DNA from: a virus
Length of the DNA stretch: 64,000 bases
Virus record (IMG/VR): IMGVR_UViG_3300021440_000015
Span: 1 to 64,000 of that record
Strand: one strand, 5' to 3'
The notes under the pieces were generated by a model. It made no database searches. It had not been told where the DNA came from and saw nothing but the letters and a program-made list of their open reading frames with translations. The position numbers were made by a program, and so were the translations under genes. How positions within the stretch are numbered: position 1 is the stretch's first letter; each line of letters opens with the position of its first letter. Of the stretch, positions 9,142-19,400 are shown in pieces.

Positions 9142-9783
9142 ATGGAACAGTTTTCCCTGACATTGGGTGTTGTGTTTTGTACGGTGGTTGCTTTGACCAC
9201 AGGCTGGTCCCTGTTCGGGGACCGGTTGAAGGAGAGTCAAGTGGTCAGGCTTGTCCTGACCATCTGCTGCACCACTTGGTGGTGCAAGACCGCCAAGCTC
9301 CCTAACGGGAGAAAAGTGAAGTGGGTCGAGATGCCAAATTGGTATTGGTTGACCACTATGGTAAGACATCCTGTAACAGGGAAAGTCTTTATGACGAACC
9401 TCACTGATATTGTTGGTAATTTTGGCGGTGGGATGACCATGTCGATCGGTAAGGTCGATTTGGTGCTGACCATGAAAGGTCTCTACAGCGAGGAGACCCT
9501 GAAGTTCATTACGGAGCATGAATTTGGTCACCTTAAGGGTCAACATATGTTCCGACTTGAAGATGCCGGATTGGCAAAATCAATTCAGCGTTTTGAGCTG
9601 GAAGCAGATGCTTATGCGGCATCTGTGGTTGGTTTCCAACAAGCGTATTACGCTTTGATGGAAATTCGTCAGGTAATGACGGATACTCTTCTGGATCATC
9701 CAGAAATTCTGGAATCCCTGGAAGAGCGGGTGTTGGCAATGCGTGAGAAGTTCAAAGCTTCTCAGCAGCCTGTGCTCTGCTGA
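9142..9783 (+). CDS. Membrane-anchored zinc metallopeptidase, M48/M56-like (cassette 2 cargo)
   Basis: HEFGH and ELEADAYA motifs; N-terminal hydrophobic helix; SD aaggag before ATG 9142. Confidence 0.7.
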   Translation: MEQFSLTLGVVFCTVVALTTGWSLFGDRLKESQVVRLVLTICCTTWWCKTAKLPNGRKVKWVEMPNWYWLTTMVRHPVTGKVFMTNLTDIVGNFGGGMTMSIGKVDLVLTMKGLYSEETLKFITEHEFGHLKGQHMFRLEDAGLAKSIQRFELEADAYAASVVGFQQAYYALMEIRQVMTDTLLDHPEILESLEERVLAMREKFKASQQPVLC

Positions 9784-9784
9784 T

Positions 9785-9830
9785 AAAAATAACACCCCAG
9801 CCCAAAAGGCCAGGGTGTTATTTTTTTTTT
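9785..9830. terminator. Cassette-type terminator, probably bidirectional
   Basis: aaaaataacacccca gcc caaaa ggc cagggtgtta + T10; between convergent genes. Confidence 0.8.
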
Positions 9831-9832
9831 GT

Positions 9833-10210
9833 TTAACTAGGTAGAAACAAAGATTCGTCTGTGTTGGTAGCTACTGACCTAAGCTTTCTAATTGGAATAT
9901 GTTGTATTTCGTTGATATCTTCAGGGATAGGCATGCCCTTAGGAAACTTCAAAATGAAATACTTATAGTCGTCGTTGATCACTGTAGGTAAACGATGTTT
10001 ACCACGCTGCACTGTCAAATAAGTTTCTCTGTTGTGTTTAACCAGATGGATGTAGATTTCTAAGTCTACTTCCTGATCTAGCTGCCTGCTTCCAGAGGTA
10101 TAGCCTTTCTCAGCCACTTCTTTCACAAACTGATCTTCTGCAACACCACCTCTTACCAAAGCTTTAGCCTCAGGAGAAAGTTGATGAGGCGTAACTACGA
10201 ATGTACCTCT
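9833..10210 (-). CDS. dnaB: Replicative DnaB-like helicase, exon 2
   Basis: RGTFVVTPHQLS, LDQEVDLEIY, QRGKHR: DnaB C-terminal motifs. Confidence 0.85.
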   Translation of the reverse strand, partial: RGTFVVTPHQLSPEAKALVRGGVAEDQFVKEVAEKGYTSGSRQLDQEVDLEIYIHLVKHNRETYLTVQRGKHRLPTVINDDYKYFILKFPKGMPIPEDINEIQHIPIRKLRSVATNTDESLFLPS

Positions 10211-10703
10211 CTTTTTGTCCAGTGGATTCGCTATTTTCCACCCGGTGCGCTTACACACCCGCCTATACTTTCATACAGGAACAGACCATATCTTCACCCT
10301 CTGTATAACAGTAGGGTGTTCTCCGCTTCGGATCGCTTGATCCTACACCTTGCTTAAGGGCTGGCCGTTGAACTTTCTCCAGTTTAAAGGAGCTTAGCTG
10401 CTGATTATCCAATTCTTATATTTTTCAAACTATCACGCTCATCGTTTCCGATCACGTTGTAGTATATAAGACTCTAAAGGACTTCCCAGCAATTCAAAGA
10501 AAAACATTAGAGCATCTCTACTCTAACGACCTGTAAATGTTTCCTTTTGTACAAGTTCCACCTGTATTCAAATACCGTGTAATTGTTCTTGCTTGAAGAC
10601 TAATTGATTTAGCTGCCTGTCTTATTGACTCAGCAACTATTTTAGTACCATCCGGCTTAACAATTAAAATTTTACTAAACGGTTTTGATCGTAACATTAG
10701 TTA
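10211..10703 (-). mobile_element. Group I intron (~493 nt) in dnaB
   Basis: Minus strand has GAATTGCTGGGAAG, AATCAGCAG, GTTCAACGGCCA, GAAGATATGGTC; predicted junction RNFCAT|RGTFVVTPHQLS; exon ends in U, intron begins TAAC and ends in G; exact sites less certain than for thyA. Confidence 0.85.
10518..10697 (-). CDS. 59-aa intron-encoded NUMOD1/IENR1-like HTH mini-ORF (homing endonuclease remnant)
   Basis: Hand translation MLRSKPFSKILIVKPDGTKIVAESIRQAAKSISLQARTITRYLNTGGTCTKGNIYRSLE; no nuclease domain. Confidence 0.55.
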   Translation of the reverse strand: MLRSKPFSKILIVKPDGTKIVAESIRQAAKSISLQARTITRYLNTGGTCTKGNIYRSLE

Positions 10704-11864
10704 AGTAGCGCAAAAGTTTCTTACTCGTCTGATCAGATCTCTCATGTCTGTACCGATAGGACCAGATGTAATACATCCTGTCGTAGGCACCATAGCTAAA
10801 TAATCCAGAAACAAACCTTCGATGCTGTAACCCTGGGCTTCCAGTTCAATAACTTTGCTACAGATGTTGCGATAAGACCATTGAGTAGGATCTACCCGCA
10901 TCATTTTAACATGGAAACCGGTTTGCTGCAACTCTTTCTTTACGTAAGACGCCATCTCCTCAACAGAGAGATCTTTCATACCTACGTATTCTCTTGTCTC
11001 GTTGTACTTAAGATACTGATACAAGAACTGAAGATTGTTTACAAGCTCATCCTCAAAAGAGATCCTCAACAATAAAGGTTTCTTACCCGGATCTATATTG
11101 TTAGGTTGGTTCAATCTAGCAATTTGGGCAAATAAAGAAAGATTGAAACCTGTCTTGTATTTATGCTGGAGTGCCGGAGTTATGATAAACTCAGCTGGAC
11201 GTATGCCACCCTGCAACATATCGTTAAGATCAGTCCAACCTGTCTTATAGATACGAGCACCTTCATTGTTCTGCTTGATAGCTGAGAACACTTCTCTCAA
11301 AGATTCATCACTACCCAGATCCACCTCACCCATCACAGCAGGATCTTTAGAGCTTGTGTTCAGCTGTAAAGGTTCTAGTTGACTAATGAGTTCAGCAATA
11401 TAACCGTTGATATCTTTGATGCTATCTCTTTTGTAACGAAAATCCATGCTGTACTTACTAAGCACCTCACCGATCTTGCGCTCTCTGAAATAGTTATTAA
11501 TTGTCTTTCTTGTGTTGACAATAGAACGTTTCAAATTACTTTCAGGAATATTATCCTGCAAACCAGACTGTATGACTTCAAATAAATTGGTGTCATACAT
11601 GCAGTTGTGCTTAATGGTTTGAATCAGAGCGTTTGTATCATATTCATGATCTGGTGGATAACCACACATTTCAAGAACGGTTGTTTTTAATCGAACGATG
11701 ATCTCTTTGTCTGTATTTACATTCAAGGTAGAGGCATCGTCAATGATCTTAATGCTCTCAAGCACAGTTCTTACCAAGTCAGAACTATTTTCTGTTTTCT
11801 GTTTCAGCTGACTTTCACGGAACAAAAGGGTAATGCTTTTAGCAAGCAAAAGTTTATCATCCAT
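10704..11864 (-). CDS. dnaB: Replicative DnaB-like helicase, exon 1
   Basis: KTGWTDLNDMLQGG, variant Walker A ALQHKYKT, ISFED, Walker B LFLDY; divergent from the capsid gene as in phiKZ-like phages. Confidence 0.88.
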
Positions 11865-11947
11865 GGACTTCTCTTCTTATATAAGTGATTTGTTCAATCG
11901 AGGCATAACATAGTCTTAAGTGATAAAAAACTTCATCAAGGATAAAC

Positions 11948-12565
11948 ATGTTCAATTTTTTAAATGCACATATTCCTAATTCGCCTGACATTTTTTGTCC
12001 TATGCCTAAATGGGTCTACCAGACTTTAGTGCGCAATAAAATAAATGTTATGGAATTTAGAAACTACGGTAAAATCCGTAGTGTCTTATCACTCAACGAT
12101 TTAAGAGATTGGGCTTTATCGTTTGCAGCCTTTACTGATTTATCTAATACACACAGAGTAAATAATCTCTTTGGATATTCCGATAAAACAGATTTTGCAA
12201 AACATTTTACCAATCTCTCCAACGAACAGCTTAAAGAGCTGAAAATTTCTGTAATGCCGATAGTTGGTGCAGAAGAGAGTGTTAGTTATATTAAAAATCG
12301 TTTTACTTTGCCTGCGGACGAAGCGCCACACAAAGTCATCAGTTTAGATGGTGAAACGTCTTGTTATAATTTTGTAAACGATATCGATGTCGTTTATGTT
12401 ATCATTGATGAAGGTATTATAAATACCCTTCAAACTAAGCAAGGTGCTTTTGATTTTTCTAAAAAGTGCGTGCAACAGTTCTATTCTATGATGCCGCTGA
12501 GCGATGTTTCGTGTCTTGGCATTTATTCTGTTTACCTGAAAGAACTTCAAGGTAGTGTTTTGTGA
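11948..12565 (+). CDS. Hypothetical protein between dnaB and capsid
   Basis: 205-aa ORF with SD aagga. Confidence 0.6.
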   Translation: MFNFLNAHIPNSPDIFCPMPKWVYQTLVRNKINVMEFRNYGKIRSVLSLNDLRDWALSFAAFTDLSNTHRVNNLFGYSDKTDFAKHFTNLSNEQLKELKISVMPIVGAEESVSYIKNRFTLPADEAPHKVISLDGETSCYNFVNDIDVVYVIIDEGIINTLQTKQGAFDFSKKCVQQFYSMMPLSDVSCLGIYSVYLKELQGSVL

Positions 12566-12601
12566 CTTTCTCTTTCTCTGAAACCAACTAAGGAACTCGA
12601 A

Positions 12602-14743
12602 ATGAAATTTGGTAAATCCACGGGTCAGCAAAAAACCCAAGTTCAGCAACTACTGGTGCATCTGCGTAACACCGTCGAAGGTGGTCGCATGGTTACTCCT
12701 GAGTCTACCAAGACCATGTTTGCCCTGGAGTCTGCACAAGACTTCCAATTGGCTGAACTGAACAATGTACATGAAGGTCTGAGCACCGCTATCGAATCGA
12801 TCGTGGCTGACCTGGGTCTGGGTTATAAACTCACTCCTGCTCAAATCACTGCCGGTTCTATCGGCGGCATGATCGCTGCTGACCCACGTCATCTGCTGAG
12901 CCGTAAAACCATCTCTAGCCCTGTGGCTATGGAAGGTGCTGTGGTTGTGCAAACTATGGGTGCTGCTGAAGGTATGTCTGAGCGTGCATTCGGTCTGGAA
13001 GCCTATGACGAGCGCGAGAACCGCAACGCTTCGATCTACTCGATCGCTTACAACATGCAGTCTGCTCGTCAAGACGAGTTCGGCGAAACCTTCTTCCCTA
13101 CTCTGGTTCTGACTCCTGACCAAGTTGGTTTTGGCGTGACCGTGGATCTGATGACTGTGTTTGATGCAACTCAACACAACATCGACGGTGCATTCCGTGA
13201 CTTTGGTAAGAAGAACATCATCCGTGCTGTGGCCGATGCTTCGATCCTGAAGAAAGAACAGACCCGCGTGATTCCAGCTGTGCGTCCTCAAAACGCCGCT
13301 CAGTTCGTGGATCCTGCTGTCGTAGCTCCTGCTGCTGTGATCGTCGAAGGTCAATCTATCACTACCGCTCCTCTGAAGATCGGTAAAGAACTGAACCTGA
13401 TCGCCGTGGGTCAAACCGATGCTCTGCTGGCCACTGGCGTGATGGACAACACCGACACTCTAGACACCTTCTTGAACCTCAAGAACGTCTATGTCAAGTT
13501 CGGTGCTGACGTTCTGCGTTTCAATGTGTCGAACCTGCCTTTGGCTAACTTCACATACAGCACGCAAAACAACTATCGCGTGATGACTCTGAACTTCGAA
13601 ACCACGAGTGTTCTGATCAACCGTGATACCAAGCAAGCTGACGGTTCCGCTCTGGTGGATCTGGCTGGTGTGGTCGCTGGTAACCTGATTGCTCGCGTTG
13701 AGCTGAAGTTGACTGGTTCTGTGAACATTGAAACCGGTAAGACTTCTATCTACGGTAACGCTGTGCAGACTCACGTCATTCTGGACTCTACTGGTCAACA
13801 ATTGGATCAAGCTGTTGCTCCTGCCGCTCCTGTGGTAGCTGTGGTCAACGCTGGTACCATCGAAGGTTACGACCTGACTGCTTTCTACACGAACATGAAT
13901 CGTCGTCAACGCGGTCAGTTGATCGACGTGACCAAGTTCACGCAACTGTACGCTGTGCCATTGCGTTCGCCTATCTCTGCTATGCACCCTGCTGTGGTCG
14001 ACGCTTCTGTCGACGCTACCGACGTGCAAGCTCTGATCAGCGCTACTCGTATCCGCGTGTCTAACGAAGCAGTTTCTGCTCTGATCGACGCTGCTGGTAC
14101 TTTGGCTCAGTATGTAGATGCTGCTGACGTGTTGGGTGAAGGTCCTGACGTGTTGGGCGTGGGTCGTTTCTTTGTGCGTCCTACCTACTTCCAGGAAACT
14201 CTGGATATGGCGACCATGGTGGACTCCATCAAGTCGTTCGAACGCGCTCAAGACATGCAAGCTGCTCTGGTGAACAAGCTGCGTGATTACGCTTACCGCA
14301 TGTATCGTGACTCTGAGTACAAAGCTGCTGCTGACGCTCTGAGTGGTGGTATCTCTGCTGTGCCAGTTGTGATTATCGGTACAGATCCAGTGCTGGCTCG
14401 TTACCTGAACGTGTCTGGTGATCTGCGTACGTTGGGTGGTGAGTTTGATGTTCGCATCGTCTCTACGCTTGACAGCCGTGTTGCCGGTAAGATCTTCATG
14501 ACCTTCGGTGTGTTCAACGAGCAGCGTAACACTGCTCCTAACCCATTGAACTTCGGTAACATGATCTGGGGTCCTGAGTTGGTGATGACTGCTAATCTGA
14601 GCCGTGGTAACACCTACAGCAAAGAGACCGTGGTGCAGCCACGTTATGCATTCGTGACACACCTGCCTATCATGACGACCTTCGTTGTGAACAACGTACC
14701 TGCTGTACTTAACAAAATCCCGGTGAATTTTCATCAGATCTAA
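12602..14743 (+). CDS. Major capsid protein (phiKZ gp120-like)
   Basis: 713 aa; RQDEFGETFFPT, NRRQRGQLID, IIGTDP, LNFGNM, VQPRY; strong codon bias; N-terminal ALE/AME/GLE candidate protease sites. Confidence 0.88.
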   Translation: MKFGKSTGQQKTQVQQLLVHLRNTVEGGRMVTPESTKTMFALESAQDFQLAELNNVHEGLSTAIESIVADLGLGYKLTPAQITAGSIGGMIAADPRHLLSRKTISSPVAMEGAVVVQTMGAAEGMSERAFGLEAYDERENRNASIYSIAYNMQSARQDEFGETFFPTLVLTPDQVGFGVTVDLMTVFDATQHNIDGAFRDFGKKNIIRAVADASILKKEQTRVIPAVRPQNAAQFVDPAVVAPAAVIVEGQSITTAPLKIGKELNLIAVGQTDALLATGVMDNTDTLDTFLNLKNVYVKFGADVLRFNVSNLPLANFTYSTQNNYRVMTLNFETTSVLINRDTKQADGSALVDLAGVVAGNLIARVELKLTGSVNIETGKTSIYGNAVQTHVILDSTGQQLDQAVAPAAPVVAVVNAGTIEGYDLTAFYTNMNRRQRGQLIDVTKFTQLYAVPLRSPISAMHPAVVDASVDATDVQALISATRIRVSNEAVSALIDAAGTLAQYVDAADVLGEGPDVLGVGRFFVRPTYFQETLDMATMVDSIKSFERAQDMQAALVNKLRDYAYRMYRDSEYKAAADALSGGISAVPVVIIGTDPVLARYLNVSGDLRTLGGEFDVRIVSTLDSRVAGKIFMTFGVFNEQRNTAPNPLNFGNMIWGPELVMTANLSRGNTYSKETVVQPRYAFVTHLPIMTTFVVNNVPAVLNKIPVNFHQI

Positions 14744-14776
14744 CTAGATTTGCATTAATATTCCGTAATGGAATGG

Positions 14777-14798
14777 AAGGACCCTTCCGGGGGTCCTT
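14777..14798 (+). terminator. Capsid gene terminator (copy A of 22-bp direct repeat)
   Basis: aaggacccttccgggggtcctt + T-rich tail. Confidence 0.8.
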
Positions 14799-14829
14799 CC
14801 TTTTCCTTATTTTTTATTAATGCAAATCT

Positions 14830-15726
14830 ATGTCACACCTCAATATACGCGATTATCGAATAGTAGAAGATATACCAATGACAAAGGCTCCGCATGAGGG
14901 ACCAGCTGCTTATATACTTTATAGCACTTTGACCCCTTTGTATTACATTGGTTCTACTAACAATCTTAAAAAGAGATTATATTCTCACAGTTCTGCCTTT
15001 AGAACCGGTTCGGATAAAGACAGTAAGTATTTAAAATTATTCAAAGATAGCCAGGGTGATATTCTTGTAAGATATTTTAAATGCATAGACAGAGAACACG
15101 CTTATCGAAAAGAACAAGAATATATAGATATATGTATTGAAGATGTGAATTGTTGTAATAAAGCCGTCACGACACCAGTCTTTGAAACACTAAGAATAAA
15201 TATTTTAAGACCCAGACACACTGATGAGACTAAAGCTAAAATGTCAGCTTCTATAGCAGCTGCGTACGCCGCTAATCCCAGAAGCCAAGAGACAGTAGCT
15301 AAATGGCGGGAAAGTGTTAAAGATTATACACCCACAGAAGAAACAAAAGCTAAGTGGAGAGCGGCCTCTGATAGAAGACGTGGTATTAAACGCGATCCTG
15401 AAATAGGTAAGAAAATATCCATAGCCAGAATGGGAATAGAATTCTCTGATGAGCATAAGGAAAAGCTTAGTAAAGCTAGGTACTTTCCTGTTACTGTGCA
15501 TGGTGTTACTTATAGTAATAGATCAGAAGCTATGCGTAAATTAGGATTGAGTAAAGGTCAGCTTAATAATGCCATGGGTTTAACGCAAAAACAAACAATA
15601 AAAATTAGCATAAATGACACTGTGTTTGAAACAATTAATGATGCTGTGAGAACATTAGGTTTGTCGAAAGGTCAAATACGCAGAAGACTCGACGACCCTC
15701 GTTTTACCAAATATAAATATGTTTGA
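14830..15726 (+). mobile_element. Free-standing GIY-YIG homing endonuclease gene (Seg-like) with NUMOD3 and NUMOD1-like repeats
   Basis: AAY...YYIGSTNNLKKRLYSH, conserved E in RKEQEYI; HTDETKAKMS, FSDEHKEKLS; two C-terminal HTH repeats. Confidence 0.85.
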
Positions 15727-15762
15727 GTTTAAATAGTAGTAATATTGCCCCTAACAGAAGAA

Positions 15763-15784
15763 AAGGACCCTTCCGGGGGTCCTT
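15763..15784 (+). terminator. Terminator (copy B of 22-bp direct repeat)
   Basis: Identical aaggacccttccgggggtcctt + T-rich tail. Confidence 0.8.
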
Positions 15785-15856
15785 TTCTTTTTTCCTTTTT
15801 TATTTAGACTAAGGGTATATAGATTAGTCGTCTCAATTCATCCTTAGTAAAATATT

Positions 15857-16303
15857 ATGCAAATCCTTAAATCCCACGGTCTTAACTTGATGGCTTTTAA
15901 CAATCTGTTTCAAGCTTCTGTTAAGAATATCGATCAGATGTCTATCTCTATCTCTTACGATGACAAACAGCCTGTGTCTGTAGGTATGATGAGAAGCATC
16001 AAAGTTAACTCAGCTGAACATAAGTTTCTGAAGCGTAAGAATATCTACAGTATCGTCACAGCCAACGTTACCAGCGATGTCTTTACTATTATCGTTAGGG
16101 ATAAAGAACAAAGGATCTTTATCTATAAGAAACTGAAGACTCAGTTTAAGAATATGTTAACAGCTTTTGAGAGTGCTTTGTATGAGCATATCACTAAGCC
16201 TTGTGAACCTATCGATCTGAAAGTTACTAAGATCACACCTAAGGTACCTGAGGTATCTAAACAAGATGAAACTTTGATATATGACTTTCCGACAGAATCT
16301 TAA
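15857..16303 (+). CDS. Hypothetical protein
   Basis: 148-aa ORF, genome-typical codon usage. Confidence 0.55.
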   Translation: MQILKSHGLNLMAFNNLFQASVKNIDQMSISISYDDKQPVSVGMMRSIKVNSAEHKFLKRKNIYSIVTANVTSDVFTIIVRDKEQRIFIYKKLKTQFKNMLTAFESALYEHITKPCEPIDLKVTKITPKVPEVSKQDETLIYDFPTES

Positions 16304-16440
16304 TTAAAGATACAAGGAATGTCACTGGTATCTTTTTTTTTTTGCCTAGAATATCTAAATAACTAGCAGACTTATAGTTTGGCTCAGTACAAAATACTTA
16401 GAGAAAACTAACAGATTTAACCCTAATAAGGAAGTCACTC

Positions 16441-19400
16441 ATGATCAAGTATATCATCAAGCGAGATGGAACTAAAGAAGAATATACACCCTCTAAACTG
16501 AACAAATGGGCTATATGGGCTACTGACAGTTTAGGCGATCGTGTGGATTGGTCAGGTGTGGTGCTTGATGCTTTAAGTAACTGTAAAGAGATTGAGAATA
16601 GTCAGAGTCTTCAGAAAGAGTTGATCAACGCTTGTTTGTATAAGAAAGATTGGCCGCATAACGTGATGGCTGGTCGACTGTATGCTGCTTGGTTACATAA
16701 AGCTCTCTATGGTGATGAGATGCCTACGGTTAAGAAGATCAATGAAGATTTGATCAAGACCGGATTGGTTATTGACATGGGATACACAGATGCTGAGTTT
16801 GAAGTAATCGAAAGCATCATAGATCATAAGCGTGATTTTAATTACGCACATAGTCAAATCAAACAAATCCATCACAAGTACAGCATTTCTAATCTGGTAT
16901 CTGGTATCAGGTATGAGACCCCTCAATATACGTTCATGCGTATGGCTATGCGCTTGTCTGATGATATCGAAGACAGTCAAGAAAAGCTTAAGTTGGTGCA
17001 AGAATACTACGATGAGTTTAGTCTGAACCGTCTTAATGCGCCTACACCCAACTATGTGAACTTGGGAAGCCCTCTGAATGGCTACGCCAGCTGCTGTTTG
17101 GTTGAGGTGTCCGATAACAACGAGTCTATCGATTGCGGTGACATGATCGCTTCTAAGATGACAGCTGCTTCTGCTGGCATCGGCACTCATCACAATCTGA
17201 GATCTATCGGTGATCCTGTACGCGGTGGTCGGTTCCCCCATGGTGGTAAGCGTCCTTACTTTGCTACTACAGCTAAGAACACCATCAAAGGTGTGCAAGC
17301 AGGTCGTGCTGGTGCTGCTACATTTTACTTTGACATCTTTGAAAAAGAAGCCAAAGATCTCATCATGCTTCAGAACCCAAGAACTCCTGAAGCCAAACGC
17401 AATCGTGATGTACACTTTGCTGTGATGACTAATAGTTTCTTTGCTAGAAAAGCAAGAGACGATGAGCAGATGTTTTCTTTTAACTGCTACACAGCTCCTG
17501 ATCTTCATGCAGCTATGTTCAGCGGAGACATCGAGAAGTTTGAAGCTTTGTATAAGAAGTACGAAGAAGACGATAACTTTGCTAAAGAGTATGTGAGCGC
17601 TCGTGATCTATGTTTGACTATGTTGACACAGTTTGAAGAGGTATCTACTCTGTATCACTTCAACGTTGAAGAGGCTAATCGCCACACCCCTTTTCAAGAA
17701 CCTATCCATAGTTCAAATCTTTGCGTTGCGCCAGAAACACCAATTCTGACAAAAGAATTTGGTTATGTTAGAATTTCTGAAAAAGTGAATCAAGAGGTTA
17801 GTGTTTGGAACGGTGACGCGTGGTCTAAAGTTACGGTTAAAAAGACTGGTGAAAACCAGCATTTGCAAACTGTATTTACAACAACAGGGACTGTACTTGA
17901 GGCTACAGACTATCACAGATGGTTTGTTCAACTTCAAAACAAACACGGTGCTAAAAAAGATGTCGTCGTGAAAAGAACCACAGAGTTACAACCCGGTGAT
18001 AAACTGATCAAATTCGAAACATCGGCTGTTGATCACGGCAGATCTACTCTGCCACTTGCTTATGAAAATGGGTTCTTTACTGGTAGCGGTACCATTTCTG
18101 GAAAAAATCCAGTAATATATCTTTACGGAAAGAAACGTGAACTTCTGCCTTATTTTCAGGATAAAGAAGGTATTATAAGCGTAACTAAAAATGAGCAACG
18201 GTTCAACATTCGTTATAAGACAGATGTATTAAAGGAAAAATTCTTCATACCTTCCTGTACGCACACCATAAAAACCAGACTTGAATGGTTTGCAGGTTTG
18301 TTAGATTCAGATGGGTGTTTGATGGATAATAAAGGATCTGCTTCTTTACAGATAGTTAGTGCTAATTTTGATTTTCTTTATAGGCTTAAACTGTCTTTAC
18401 AAGAACTTGGTGCGATGACTTCTGTAACCAATGTAGCAGATGCGGGTTTTAAAAGTATACCAAACCATAAAGACGGTAAAACCACCCACTATTGTCAACA
18501 GGAATGGAGACTCTTACTTTCTAATGATGAGTTATATAAACTTATCACTCTAGGTTTAACTTTAAACAGAATCGATCTTTCAAAAGTCAGGCCAGGTAAC
18601 AGAACAGCACGACGTTTTGAAATGATCAAATCTGTCATAGATAAAGGACGTTATGACGATACGTATTGTTTTACAGAACCTTTGAAAGGAATGGGTGTAT
18701 TCTCAGGTGTGCTTACAGGAAACTGTCTGGAAGTTACCGAACCCACATCAGGTTATAATTCGGTGCAAGACCTGTATAGAACTGGTGATTATGGCCATAT
18801 TTCATTCTCACAGACTAATGGTAACATAGTTAAACTTCCTTATAATCTTGAAGTGTCTGTAACTGGCAGGGGTAGGACTTATGCAGGTAGTCTGACAAAA
18901 GGTGAGTTCTTCTCAGTGCCTAATAGTAACACTTATAAGAACTATGTCGTGGGTGATATAGTTAGCAAGGAAATTCCAGGAGAAGTAGCGCTGTGCTCAC
19001 TTGGTGCTGTTGTTCTTCCTAACATTCTTACAGACGAGCAGTATCACAAGACCTGTAAGTTGGCTCTGAGAATGATCGACAGATGTATACATTTGTCTAC
19101 CTATGCTTTGCCACATATCGGTTTCACTGCTAAGAATCGTCTGAATGCTGGCGTTGGACATATTGGACTGGCTACAGTGCTTGCTCGTAAAGGTCTTAAG
19201 TATAGCACGCTTGAAGGTCGTAATGAGATTCATCGTATCTCTGAACGCCATGCCTACTTTGTCATTAAGGCAGCTCTTGAATTAGGTATTGAAAAAGGTA
19301 ACGCTCCTTGGATCCATAAAACAAAATGGGCTAACGGATGGTTACCTATTGATACTTATAAGAAAGCTGTGGATGAGTTGGTCACTACTGATCTTCAGTA

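Noticed and set aside
10211-10258. ORF-track N-terminus MCKRTGWKIANPLDKK of 9833..10258
   Set aside because: It is the 3' (P9) region of the intron, not coding.
12650-14734. Long antisense ORFs (254 and 424 aa) inside the capsid gene
   Set aside because: Shadow frames caused by strong capsid codon bias; no recognisable motifs.
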